NCBI RefSeq assembly: GCF_963921235.1
Contig: NC_086097.1
Span: forward strand, 162,318,001-162,382,000
Source of the DNA: Mobula hypostoma
Lineage: Eukaryota
Direction of reading: 5' to 3'
Length of the DNA stretch: 64,000 nucleotides
Below, in pieces: positions 12,760 to 24,834 of this stretch. The notes beneath the pieces are model-generated. The model saw only the letters and a list, made by a program, of their open reading frames with translations, had not been told where the DNA came from and did not search any database. The translations under genes were made by a program, and so were the position numbers. How positions within the stretch are numbered: the stretch's first letter is position 1; each line of letters begins with the position of its first letter.

Positions 12760-13270
12760 CATCAGAGTTGGCATGTCATGTTGTAGGTATACAAAACATT
12801 GGCAGGCTGCATACTACATTACAGAACAAACATGGTAGAAAGTACAGTATTAGAAATTCTGCAGGAGAAATTCACCATGATGTTGCCTGGAATGGAGGGC
12901 CTTATTTACAAGGAGAGATTGTATGGACCAGTAGCTCATTCCTCTTGGAAAAAGGAGACTAGTGGGGCACAAGGGAGAGGATGAGGTGTAACCTGAAAGA
13001 GGCATAGATGGGTGAGATGGACAATCTTTTCCCTTGGTGTCTAATACCAGAGAGAATAGGTTTAAGGTGAGAGGGGAAAAATTTAAGGGCATATTTTCAC
13101 TCTGCTTGATGGTTATATGGAATGAGGCAGATACAGTTAGTGTTTAAAAGGCATTTGACCAGGTAATTGGAAGAAAAAGCATCGAGAAACATGGTCAGCG
13201 TAGATGGGCATTACAGTCAGCATGGACAAATTGGGTCGAAGTGCCTGTTTCTGTGCTGTACAACTCTGAT
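12760..13270 (+). mobile_element. Old CR1 LINE 3' fragment
   Basis: FTMMLPGMEGL.YKERL remnant and CR1-type 3' tail. Confidence 0.7.
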
Positions 13271-13799
13271 AGAATGTGATTATACTGGAGAGGATTCAGA
13301 GGGCACTGTTTTTCTTATCCCTTGGCTCACCTTTCCTTCAATCCCCTCCCCCCACCCCACCACCAGTCTGGTTCTACCTATCACCTAGTAGCTCTTACTC
13401 TTACCCTTTGTCTCCCCTCTCCTACCTGGCTCAAATTGTCCATCATTTTCCCCTTTGCCCTCCCCCACCCATCTGATTCTGCTTTATTACCCATCAACCC
13501 TTGACTCACCCTTCACTAGACAGTCTAAGCTTTGTCTCGAATGACGGTCTGTACTGGAGGCATTGACCATTTTTTCTCCACAGATGCTGTTTGATCTGTT
13601 GATTTGTTCCAATAGTTTATTTAAAAATTTTTTTTATGTTGGTATATTTAGATCATCTGCAAATTGAAGTGTAGTGTTGTGAAGGGGTGGGGATGCAATT
13701 GGAAAGAATAGAGTAAGAGTGACAAAGTTGTCAAGGTAACAATTAATTTAAAAACAGCAATTAAAAGCAGAAGAGAAAAAAATTTGAAACTGGTTGAGT

Positions 13800-14185
13800 G
13801 GCCTTTTCTTCTTGGAGTGCCGGAGGATGAGAGGTGACCTGATAGAGGTGTATAAGATGATGAGAGGCATTGATCGTGCGGATAGTCAGAGGCTTTTTCC
13901 CAGGGCTGAAATGGCTAACACGATAGGGCATACATAGTTTTAAGGTGCTTGGAAGTAGGTACAGAGGGGTAAGTTTTTTTACGCAGAATGTGGTGAGTGG
14001 GTGGAATGGGCTGCCGGTGATGGTGGTAGAGGCAGATGCGATAGGGTCTTTTAAGAGACTTCTGTATAGGTACATGGAGCTTAGAAAAATAGAGGGCTAA
14101 GGGTAACCCTAGGTAATTTCTAAAGTACATGTTCAGCACAGCATTGTGGGCTGAAGGGCCTGTATTGCGTTGTACGTTTTCTATG
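13800..14185 (+). mobile_element. CR1 LINE 3' end
   Basis: Reverse complement of the 7066 and 21062 family. Confidence 0.85.
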
Positions 14186-15899
14186 AAAAGTATAGCCACA
14201 TATGCAGTGAGGGAATAAAATAGCATATCTGAAATGCAATGAATTAGGAGGGCTATATCACCCATAGATACAAGATGAGTTTACACAAGCAACTGAAAAA
14301 TCAGTATTGACCTTGTCAGCTGAACAGTGATTGGTCAGCCAATCTGTATTTGGCTTATTGAGTGTAAAGGAAACCATGTTGTAAGTACTGAGTGTACTCC
14401 AATAAATTGGAAGTAGTTTGTGTGAATTGCTGCTATATCTAGATGACTGCATGGTAGAAAGCAATGACGTTAAAGTACCTGCCGGTGTTGCATGGGAAAC
14501 TGCCATGAGAATCCTGAAACTGCATTGTAGATGCCATTCGAAGAGTTATCATCAGTCTGTTTATAATAAAGCTTCTATTTTTAAAAATTGGTCCCATAGT
14601 CTCTCTTAGTCAAGGTTGGATTTTGCTGCTGTTAATATTTAACACGTCTAGTCCATATTTGTACTCAAATGAAGGTAAAGAGAAATGTGTATTATCAAAA
14701 TTATAGTAACTGGTGAGCGTAAGAAGCTTGAATACAGTGTGGATCCTTTTATAAAATGCGTACTCAATAAACAAGGCACATAGTAAATTAACAACAGTAA
14801 AAGTAGTTTATGGTGCTGGATTTAATTATTGCTGGATGATCAAATTTTTACTGCACTGATTTTGGTGCTATTGTTGATATTATCAGCCAGGTTATTTATG
14901 TTGCTACATCAATAATATTATTTATGGTAAAATTTTTAAAGATTTATCCTGAAAGTTGGAGTTGGATTCATTCTGGCCTTGTACTAATTTGCTGCTCTTA
15001 ATATCACCTGGATTTGACATGAAGCAAAATTAATTCATGAAATTTGTTATTTTTACATTCTTAACCTGTGATTCTATTTCTTTTTGTCCTTCAGTCATCT
15101 TGCATTTATATCTGCTTAATATTTTTGGGTCTCTTTCCTGTGTTTACTATACAGTGCTATTTAATTTTATTTTTTAAATTATATTAACTTCATGGACTTT
15201 TTCCCAAATTAAATAATATGATTACTTTTGGAAGAAGTTTGCAGTAACCAAGCGCTAATAATTATCTGGAACTAGTAAGTGACATCTGATTGATTTGTTG
15301 GATCTCTAAGCTCAGGTGCCTCTCTGAAATAGTATCCAGTTCTGTTTGGACACTGAAGTTTCACCTTGTTGGTGTTCGTGCCTCAGCACATTAACCCAAT
15401 GTCTGCTGACAAGAACCAGAAATTTTGCATGAACGGTGCTGTGGACAAGCTCTAGAACTGAGGCAATACAGCTTTGTATCTGAATTGTATTTTTTTTTAA
15501 ATTCCATGGGAAATGTTTTATGACTTGAAAAGGATGTAGTGAAAACTTATCAAGAAAACATGCCTGCAGTGGTCACAGTACTGGATTTTTATTGCTAAAA
15601 CAAATACTGAAATGTTTTGGGTATGCATTCAGGAATTCTGTCAGACTCTTATATGAATAAGCTAGTCGATTCTAACCTGAAAAGAGATGAATTTGGATAA
15701 GATACAAAGGGCAGTAAAGTGTGATCAAAAAGGATCATTTTCTTGCTGTTTGCAAATATGCTTTCTTTATTTTATCTGACTTTGCCTATCTCTAATTGTC
15801 TTTGAAAAGGTGGTGAGTGGTTAGCTGCCACCTTAAACTACTGCAGAGTTTTTAATGAGGGGGTTCTAGAATTTAGACTCACTGATATGAAGGAATGGA

Positions 15900-17440
15900 T
15901 ATATACATCCATGACACTTCACATACTCCTGATCTCCTCAGCAACTTTCAACTCCTTGGCTCTGATTGCCTCAGTTTTACCATGGATAGTCAGCCCATGT
16001 GCACTTCTATCCCCCCCATCAAGACCACCTTAAAGTTCTCTGCTTTCTTGACAACAGACCAGACTAGTTACCCTCCACCTCCACCACCACCCTCCATCTG
16101 GTGGAACCAGTCACCCTACTCCCTGCCCTTAAATTCACTTGGTCCAAATTCTGACACCTCTCTCCCCATACTCAGTATGTCTGTCTCCATCTCTGGAGGC
16201 AAACTATCTACCAAGATCTTTTGTAAATGTACTGACTCCCATGACTATCTTGACTATACCTCTTCCCACCTGTCTTCTGTAAAAATGTCATCCCTTCTCT
16301 CAGTTCCTTCATCTCCACCACATCTATTCCCAGGATGAAGCACTCCTTTCCAAAACATCAGGGATGTCCTTCTCCAAAGACCAGGGTTTCACTTCCTCTA
16401 CTATTGATGTTGCTTTCACCTGCATCTTCTCCATTTCCTGGACATATACCCTCACCCATCTCCCCACCGTCTCATCAGAGATCTTCTTGTCCTCACCTAT
16501 CACCCTATGAGACTCCGTACGTCGTTTTCTGCAACATCCCCCATCTTCAATGGGATCATGCCACCAAACACGTCTACCTCTCCCCACCCCCTCATCACCA
16601 ACACTGTCCACTTTCCACAGGGATTGCTCTCCATGATTCTCTTATCCAGAAGTCCCTCTCCACTAATGTCCCTCCTGGCATCTAACTCTGCAAGCAGAAG
16701 TGCTGCACCTGCTCATTCATCTCCTCTCTCACCTCCATTCAGGGCCCCAGACAGTCCTTGTATGTGACAACACACTTCACCTGTGAATCTGTTAGAGTCG
16801 TCTACTGTGTCTGGTGCTCCTGATGTGGCCGCCTCTGCATTGGCAACACCTGAGAGACTGGGGATCACTTTGTCAGGCACCTTCGCTCCATCCGCAAAGA
16901 GCAGGATTTCCTGGTGGTCAACCATTTCTCATTCCTATTCCATCATGTCGGCCCATGGCCTCCTCTGCTGTCATGATGAGGCCACCCCCAGGTTGGAGGA
17001 ACAGCACCTCATATTCCGTCTGGGTAGCCTCTAACCTGATGGCATGAACATTAATTTTTCCACTCCTCCTTTCATCTTTTTGAATTCCCCACTCTGGTTC
17101 CCCTCTTGCCTCTTTTTTCCTCATCTGTTTATCATCTCCCTCTGGTGCCCCTCCTTCTCTTTCCCTCATGGTAGACTCTACTCTCCTATTGGTTTGCTTC
17201 TCCGAACCTTTGGCTTTTCCACCCATCACCTCCCAGCTTCTCATTTTCTTTCCTCCAGCCCCTGCCCACCTGTCTTTATGTAACTTGTACTCCTTCCCCT
17301 TCCCCCACAACCTTATTGTGGCTTCTTAACCTTTCTAGTCCTGAAGAAGGGTCTCGGTTGGAAACGCCGAACTAAAAAAAATTCATTTCCATAGATGCTG
17401 CACGACCAGCTGAATTCATCCAGCATTTTGTCTGTTGTTC
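15900..17440 (+). mobile_element. Decayed Penelope-like element
   Basis: RT (YIHDTSH, TDSHDYLDYTSSH) and GIY-YIG tail (CHDEAT.RLEEQHLIFRLGSL); degenerate hammerhead near 17337-17373. Confidence 0.85.
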
Positions 17441-18299
17441 TGAATGTTTTTAGAATGTTTCAGAGAAGCATGGAACTGCTTTGTTGCTAAGAAGTTGTGA
17501 ATGTGATTGAACGCACTGTATTCATCAGTGAATATTCTCTACCTTTGAGCTTATGATTACAGGAAGATCATTGAACAGCTGAAGTTGTCTGGGCTTAGGA
17601 TGGCCATGAGGTACCCCAGTATTGATGTCATTAGGCTAGATGACTGATCTCCAAAAATGTTTGCCTTCAGAGTCATTAGAACAGAATCCCTTTCATGTCC
17701 AATGAGCTAGAATTTTGTAATATCACACTTCGTCAAATGTTGCCTTGGTGTCAAGGCAATTGTAATCATCTCACCGCTGCAAATAATTCCTTTGGTTCAT
17801 TTTTGGCCCAAGGCTGAGTTCCTGGTGAAATCCATACTTGGTGTTGTTGATAATTGTTGAGTACTACGTGATAACAGAACTTCAGTCTATGCTCAAACAT
17901 TCCAATGTTTGCAGAGGTACCAAGAATGGCTACTGCATTGAAGTTACAGATGTTAAGGGTAGTGTACATGAGTTCATTGTCCTCTTAGATGGCTGTGAGG
18001 GAGTTGTTCCTAAAACATTGAGTATGTCTCTTCAGGCTCATCTATCTCTTCCTTGATGGCAGCAATGAGAAGAAGGCATGTCTTCGGTGATGGGGGTGCA
18101 TAACTGCAGATGCCACATTTTGGGGGCAGTATGGATTACTGGTTAGGCTGATAGTAATTGAAACCAGTGGTGGTGTTGGAATGCTGATACAGATATGGGA
18201 CATGTTGTCAAAGTTAAAAGGAAAGTTTGAGACTTAACTGTAATTTGCAAGCACTGAAGAATCAAATAGATTGTGAAGTAGATAGATTGCTTGCTAATA

Positions 18300-19120
18300 C
18301 GCTAGACACTGTGACCATTCACTTTAATTATAATATGGAGATCACCCCTCATTCTCCTATGCTTCAAGGAATATAGGTGCAGCATGGCTATCTTCTACCT
18401 GTAGCTCAGGTCCTCTAGTCCAGGTAACATCCTCATAAATCTCTTCTGTGCCCTCTCCTGCTTCACAACAGCAAGGTAACCAAAACTGTAATCAACACTC
18501 CATATACAATAGTCCCAAGTGTTATCTCAATGAGTTATATAACTGCAACATACTGTAATGTCCCTACTCTTAACCTTGGTGCCCTGACTGATGAAGGCCA
18601 GCATGTTAATTGTCTTCTTCACTCTGTCTACTTTGTGAGCTGCTTTTAGTGAATTGGGCACTTGTACTCTCAGTGCTCCACTATTCACTGTATAGGTACT
18701 AACCTGGTTTGAGTGTCCAAAATATATCATCTCATTCTTATACAAGTTGAATTCCATTTGCCATTCTTCAGCCCATCTCTCTAAGTTATCAAGATTTCAT
18801 TGTAACCTGCTTCACTATCAACATGAGCCCCTAATTTAGCGTCATCAGCAAACCTGCTAATCATGCCATGTACATTTTCATCCAAATTGTTTGCATAAAT
18901 AATGAATGACACAGGTCTCAACATTGAATCTCAGGGCACACCACTAGCCACAGGACTCCAGTCAGCGAGTCAACCTTCAAACAGTACCTTCTGCTTTCTA
19001 TTATCAAGCCATTTCTGAATCTACTTCGCTAGCTCCTCTGAATTCCATGCAACTTAACCTTGCAGGTCAACCTGCCATGCAGGACCTTGTTAAAATCCTT
19101 ATTAAAGTCCATAAATGTTC
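18300..19120 (-). mobile_element. Old CR1 LINE fragment
   Basis: MEFN..K.E..YFG.SN; MDFNKDFNKVLHGRL..KVK.HGI RT remnants. Confidence 0.75.
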
Positions 19121-20519
19121 TTGCCAGCTTAATGTTTGGCTTCTGCAGAAAGCTTAAAATGAGTATAACTTTTAAAAAAGCAGACTCGCCAGCAGTGTGA
19201 ATATCTTTCACGGCTGTTCCTGCAAGTCTCTTATTTTTGCCTGGCTTACTGTGCAGTTTGGCTAATATTTTATTATTGGGTCAAATAAGGTGTTATTTGA
19301 AAAAAAAATTGGAGCTTAGTCATATGACTGATACAGTCTGGCCTTTCTCTTGCTGCGATCTAAAACACAAGAATGTGAATGCTTTATAAGTGCTGCCAGA
19401 CAAACTGAGTATTTTCATATGTTCCGCAAGCACCCACAATATTTTTGTATTAAAATTTAACTACTTGAATATAGGACTTGAAAGCTTCTTTTGCACACCC
19501 ACTTTCTGTGGTTTTGTGTTGAGCCATTGCAACCTTGTATTACATTACTGTGAACTGCTCAAGTAGAGGGTTATTATATGAAGTTGATAGAAAGAATTAA
19601 AAAGGAACTTCAAAATCATGACACATTCTCAGGATATAAAAATGATCCTTGCATTTTATTGGTGCTATTTTAATTCTTATTGCTGTGCATAGAATTACCA
19701 ATACTTCAGAATGGGTTGTACAATTGAATAATTCATCTGTTAGGTGATATGTTTGATTTAAAAAAAAATTGCTTTTCGCTAACAGACTTAATGGTTTCTA
19801 AACCTTTCACTTCACGTTCCTCTTTTGTGAACCTGCTTAAAAGCATGACTACTTGTGTGCATTAGTTATGCATTTTGATTTGCTGACTTTAGGACAATGG
19901 AAGTTTTAACCAATTATATTTGCTATGCTAATAATTGCAAAGTTGAGAACTGCATTACAGATTCTCTGGCATCTGAAAAATGTATACTTGGATTATTTTA
20001 ATAAATATCTTTCAACTTTAACATCTTTGGAGAGATTTTATTGTTTTAAAATATGATGGATATTCAGGGGGTTTTCACATTATTTTTATTTACAATTTAC
20101 TGTTTTGAAATGTTATGCTGAGTCTGTTTTGTGTTTTATTTTTCTACATCCTAAAATTATATTTATGCAGCATAATTTTATGGTTTGGAAATAAAATGTC
20201 TGTAAACTTTGCTGTTGATCAATGTGTTTTAGACTGGATATTTTCCTAGCCACATACCCACTTTCTGTGGCTTTGTGTTTAAACCACTACATTTTGCATT
20301 GCATTATACGTTGGAAGATCTTAAACATGAAGCATTCTCAAGATATAAAGTTGAGATCCTTGCACTTTTTTTTCAGATAATGGATGATTCTTATCATTAG
20401 AACTGAAGACATTGTCTTTGCCCACAACTGAATTCCTCTGTACTATATATTTGATTTGTTTTAGTCCTGCTTTATATTTTATTCCAGTTGAAGAACTGAC
20501 AATTCTTTATTTATCCACC

Positions 20520-20735
20520 GATGCAGCATGGTTTCAAGCCCAACCAACCCATGGAGCCCAGTTACACCCAAGTGACCAATTAATCTAACATGTACATCTT
20601 TGGGGTGTGGTTAGGAAACCAGAACACCCAGACGAAACCCTGGAGTCCTGGGGAGAATGGTATAAGTTCCTTACAGGGAGTGGTGGGAATTGTACCCATT
20701 GCGCTAAGCACTTCACTACTGTGCCAGCCTTTAAC
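20520..20735 (-). mobile_element. V-SINE-like element
   Basis: Reverse complement contains GGTTTCGTCTGGGTGTTCTGGTTTCCT...CCAAAGATGTAC..GTTAGATTAATTGGTCAC. Confidence 0.7.
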
Positions 20736-21061
20736 AGCAGTGGCAAACAAATACACATTGCCATTTTCTTACTGGTCACAGGAAGGCTTGACCATTGTTT
20801 TTAAAATTCAGGCATGCAGTTTGCCATTTTGCTTTGAATAGATTCCTCACACCCACCTTTCCATCTTATCCCTCCAGCTGCAACATCAACACTTAACATT
20901 TTAGATTTGGGTGTAGACATTATAGATTGGAACTTCTTAAATTACTTAGTGCAGAAAAGTTTGAGTTTGGAGTTGACTTTATATAGCTACTTGGTGGTTT
21001 GAAATCTTCCCTGCAATGCAAATAAAATAGATTTCCAATGCAAATAAATCTATATATAGAA

Positions 21062-21512
21062 TTACACAGAAACATAGAAAACCTACAGCACATACAGGCC
21101 CTTCGGTCCACAAAGTTGTGCCGAACATGTCCCTACCTTAGAAATTACTAGGCTTACCTATAGCCCTCTATTTTACTAAGTTCCATGTACCTATCCAAAA
21201 GTCTCTTAAAAGACCCTATTGTATCCGCCTCTACCACCATTGCCGGCAGCCCATTCCACACACTCACCACTCTCTGAGTAAAAAAACTTACCCCGACATC
21301 TCCTCTGTACCTACTCCCCAGCACCTTAAACCTGTGTCCTCTTGTGCCAACCATTTCAGCCCTGGGAAAAAGCCTCTGACTATCCACACGATCAATGCCT
21401 TTCATTATCTTGTACACCTCTATCAGGTCACCTCTCATCCTCTGTCACTCCAAGGAGAAAAGGCTGAGTTCACTCAACCTATTCTCATAAGACATGCTCC
21501 CCAATCCAGGCA
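21062..21512 (-). mobile_element. CR1 LINE 3' end
   Basis: ORF 21154-21438 MRGDLIEVYKIMKGIDRVDSQRLFP... Confidence 0.88.
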
Positions 21513-21584
21513 ATATTTCTATTATGTTAGTCATTATTTGTACTATTCATTTACTTTTATTTTCATTTGATTATGGGAAGGCAG

Positions 21585-22650
21585 CCACGGTAAATGGAGA
21601 GAAAATTCAAAAATCCGAGGTGTAAATGGACTTGGGAATCCTCATGCAGGGTTCCCTAAAGGTTAATTTGCAGGTTGAGTGGGTGGCAAGGAAGGCAAAT
21701 GCAATTCATTTCAAGAGGACTAGAATATAAAAGCAAGGGTGTAGTGTTAAGGCTTTATAAGGCACTAGTAAAGCCCCACTTGGAGTATTGTGAGCAGTTT
21801 TTTATAGGCATCCGTCAGTCTCATGAGACCATAGATTTGCACCTTGGAAGGTTTCCAGGGCGCAGGCCTGGGCAAGGTTGTATGAAAGACCGGCAGTTGC
21901 TCATGCTGCAAGTCTCCCTTCTCCACACCACCGATGTTGGCCAAGGGAAGGGCACTAGGGCCGATACAGCTTGGCATCAGTGTCGTCGCAGAGCATTGTG
22001 TGGTTAAGTGCCTTGCTCAAGGACACAACACGCTGCCTCAGCTGAGGCTTGAACTAGCAACTTTCAGATCACTAGACTGACACCTTAACCACTTGGCCAT
22101 GTGCCAACACATGTGAGTAGTTTATGGCCCTTTTTTTTAGAAAGGATGTATTGACATTGGAGAGGGTTCAAAGGAGCTTTGCGAGAATGATTCCAGGAAT
22201 AAAGGGTTATATGAGGATCAGTTGATGACTCTGGGCTTCTACTCAATGGAATTCAGATTAATTTCGGGGGGGGGGGGGTCTCATTGAAATCTATCAAATA
22301 TTGAAAGGTCTCGATAAAGTGGATGTGGAGGGAATGTTTCCTGTGGTGAGGGAGTCTCGGACCAGAGAGTACAGCCTCAGGATAGAGGGATATCCATTTA
22401 TCAAGGCGATGAGGAATTTTTTTCGCCGTAGAGTGGTGAATCTGCGCAATTTGTTGCCACTGGGGGCTGCGGAGGCGAAGTCAATGCATATATTTAAGGC
22501 AGAGGTTGGTAGGTTCTTCATTAGTCAGGACACAAAGGATTGCAGTGAGAAGGCAGGAGATTGGGCTGAGAGGGAGACGGATCAGCCATGATGAATTGGT
22601 GGAGCAGGCTCGATGGGCCAAATAGCCTAATTCTGCTTCAATATCTTATC
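21585..22650 (+). mobile_element. CR1 LINE 3' part interrupted by a SINE
   Basis: FISRGLEYKS..V.LRLYKALVKPHLEYCEQF; KGLDKVDVEGMFP...; 3' tail. Confidence 0.85.
21801..22111 (-). mobile_element. tRNA-derived SINE
   Basis: Minus strand A box TGGCCAAGTGG, B box GTTCAAGCC, central GTGTCCTTGAGCAAGGCACTTAACC; TSD TGTGAG(C/T)AGTTT at 21789-21800 and 22112-22123. Confidence 0.85.
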
Positions 22651-22671
22651 GTAATGGTTATTGTGACTCTG

Positions 22672-22930
22672 TTACAGCTTGGGGCATTGGAGTTCTGAGT
22701 TCAATGCTGATGTCCTCTATAAGGAGTTTGTGCATCCTCCCTGTGAACTCTTGGATTTCCTCCAGGTGCTTTGGTTTCCTCCCATTGTCCAAAGATGTAC
22801 CTGCTAGTAGGTTAATTGGTCATTGTAAATTGTCCCATTACTAGGCTTGGGTTAAATTGGTGGGTTGCTGGTGGCATGGCTTGAAGGACCAGAAGGGCCT
22901 AGGCCATACTGTATCTATAAATAAACAAAC
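22672..22930 (+). mobile_element. V-SINE-like element
   Basis: GGAGTTTGTGCATCCTCCC...GGTTTCCTCCCA..TCCAAAGATGTACC..GGTTAATTGGTCATTGTAAATTGTCC. Confidence 0.75.
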
Positions 22931-23607
22931 AATCAAATGTGCTGAACATAACCAACCACTTGAAAGGAGAGGTTGACTATCCGTAGGTGGCCTTTGAGGA
23001 ATTCCCTGGATGGAATTGTGGGGATAGGCTGCCTTTCGAGTAGGGAAATAAAAAGACCATAGTACGTGGTTTAATTAGATAAAACAAGAGAATACCAACA
23101 ATATATTTGAAGTAATTTTATAAACAAATTGTGGTTAAAGTGTTTACACAGCATGAGTGTGTAGTTTCTTAGATCAGACAGTCATTTATCATTGTGTATA
23201 AGGCAAGACACTGGCAGGATTAACAGGTCTTTAAAATTAGATAAGGACAATTGAAGAGTGCTGTTAATAGAGATAATTGAGGCAGTGTGCAATGCTTGTT
23301 GCATATGCTTGCTCATAGCAGAGCTGTTTACATGATTTTTAATAGTTGGTAAGTGTTACTTTTCAAGAGGACATTTTAACTGAGGAAAAAAACAAGTATG
23401 ACATTTATTTAAAGCACATTCTAAGTTTTAGTTACAGTTTATGTAAAGAAGAAATAGTTACAAATGGAAAGAGTCTCTATAAGTAGAAAATGCAGATTTA
23501 AGCTGAAAAGCAAAATGACTAGTGAGGAGGTGAGAACATTTTTCTCATGGTGTGTTAAAATTTGCAACACCCTTCATGAAAGGGTGAGAGAGGCAGATTA
23601 ATTTATA

Positions 23608-24495
23608 AAAAATGCTGGTGAACGCAGCAGGCCAGGCAGGATCTATAGGAAGAGGTACAGTCGTCATTTTGTGCTGAGACCCTTCGTTAGGACTAACTGA
23701 AAGAAAATATAGTAAGAGATTTGAGGGGGGAGATCCGAAATGATAGGAGAAGACAGGAGAGGGAGGGATGGAGCTAACAGCTGGAAAGTTGATTGGCAAA
23801 AGGGATACGAGGCTGGAGACGGAAGCCCTAGGGAGAAAGAAAGGGGGCGGGGAGCCCAGAGGATGGGCAAGAAATTATAGTGAGAGGGACAGAAGGAGAA
23901 AAGAGAGAGAGAGAGAGAAAATAATAAATGAGGGATGGGGTACGAGGGGGAGGTGGGGCATTAGTGGAAGTTAGAGAAGTCACTGTTCATGCCATCAGGT
24001 TGGAGGTTACCCAGACAGAATACAAGGTGTTGTTCCTCCAACCTGAGTGTGACTTCATCTTTACAGTAGAGGAGGCCGTGGATAGACATATCAGAATGGG
24101 AATGGGACATGGAATTAAAATGCGTGGCCACTGGGAGATCTGGCTTTCTCTGGTGGACAGAGCGTAGGTGTTCAGCGAAACGGTCTCCCAGTCTGCGTCG
24201 GGTCTCGCCAATATGTAGAAGGCCGCATCGGGAGCACCGGACACAGTATATCACCCCAGCCGACTTCCAGGTGAAGTGTCGCCTCACCTGGAAGGACTGT
24301 TTGGGGCCCTGAATGGTGGTGAGGATAAGTGCTGGGAGGGAGATCGGTGGGAAGGGATAGAGGGGACGAATGGACAAGGGAGTCGCATAGGGAGCGATCC
24401 CTGCGGAAAGCAAAAGGGGGGGAAAGATGTGCTTGGTGGTGGGATCCCGTTGGAGGTGGCAGAAGTTACGGAGAATTATACTTTGGACCCGGAGG
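23608..24495 (-). mobile_element. Penelope-like element 3' part
   Basis: ORF 23961-24413 is a GIY-YIG domain (VIYCVRCSRCGLLHIGETRRRLGDRFAEH); pLTR with degenerate hammerhead. Confidence 0.88.
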
Positions 24496-24589
24496 CTGGT
24501 GGGGTGGTAGGTGGGGGGGGGGGGAAGGAATACAACTGCAGGGGATAGCTGACACTAGGTGATGGGGAAGGTGGGTGGGAGAGGTGTGT

Positions 24590-24790
24590 ATTGATCCCTC
24601 TATGCCAGACAGTGATGCAACCAGTTAGAAAGCTTTCCATAGTAAACCTGTGGCAATTTGCTGGAATCTCTGGTGACATACCAAATATTCTTAAGCTCCT
24701 AATGAAATATAGCAACAGGCATGTCTTTTTCATAATTGCTTCAACATACTTGTCTCAGGATAGATCTTCAGAAATGTTGCCACCCAAGAC
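24590..24790 (-). mobile_element. Rex1/Babar LINE fragment
   Basis: ORF 24476-24733 includes FIRSLRIFGMSP...MESFLTGCITVWH, homologous to the 58803-59333 ORF. Confidence 0.7.
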
Positions 24791-24834
24791 CTTTTTTTTG
24801 CTTTGATCTTCTGGACCAGCCTATGAAATGCCTT

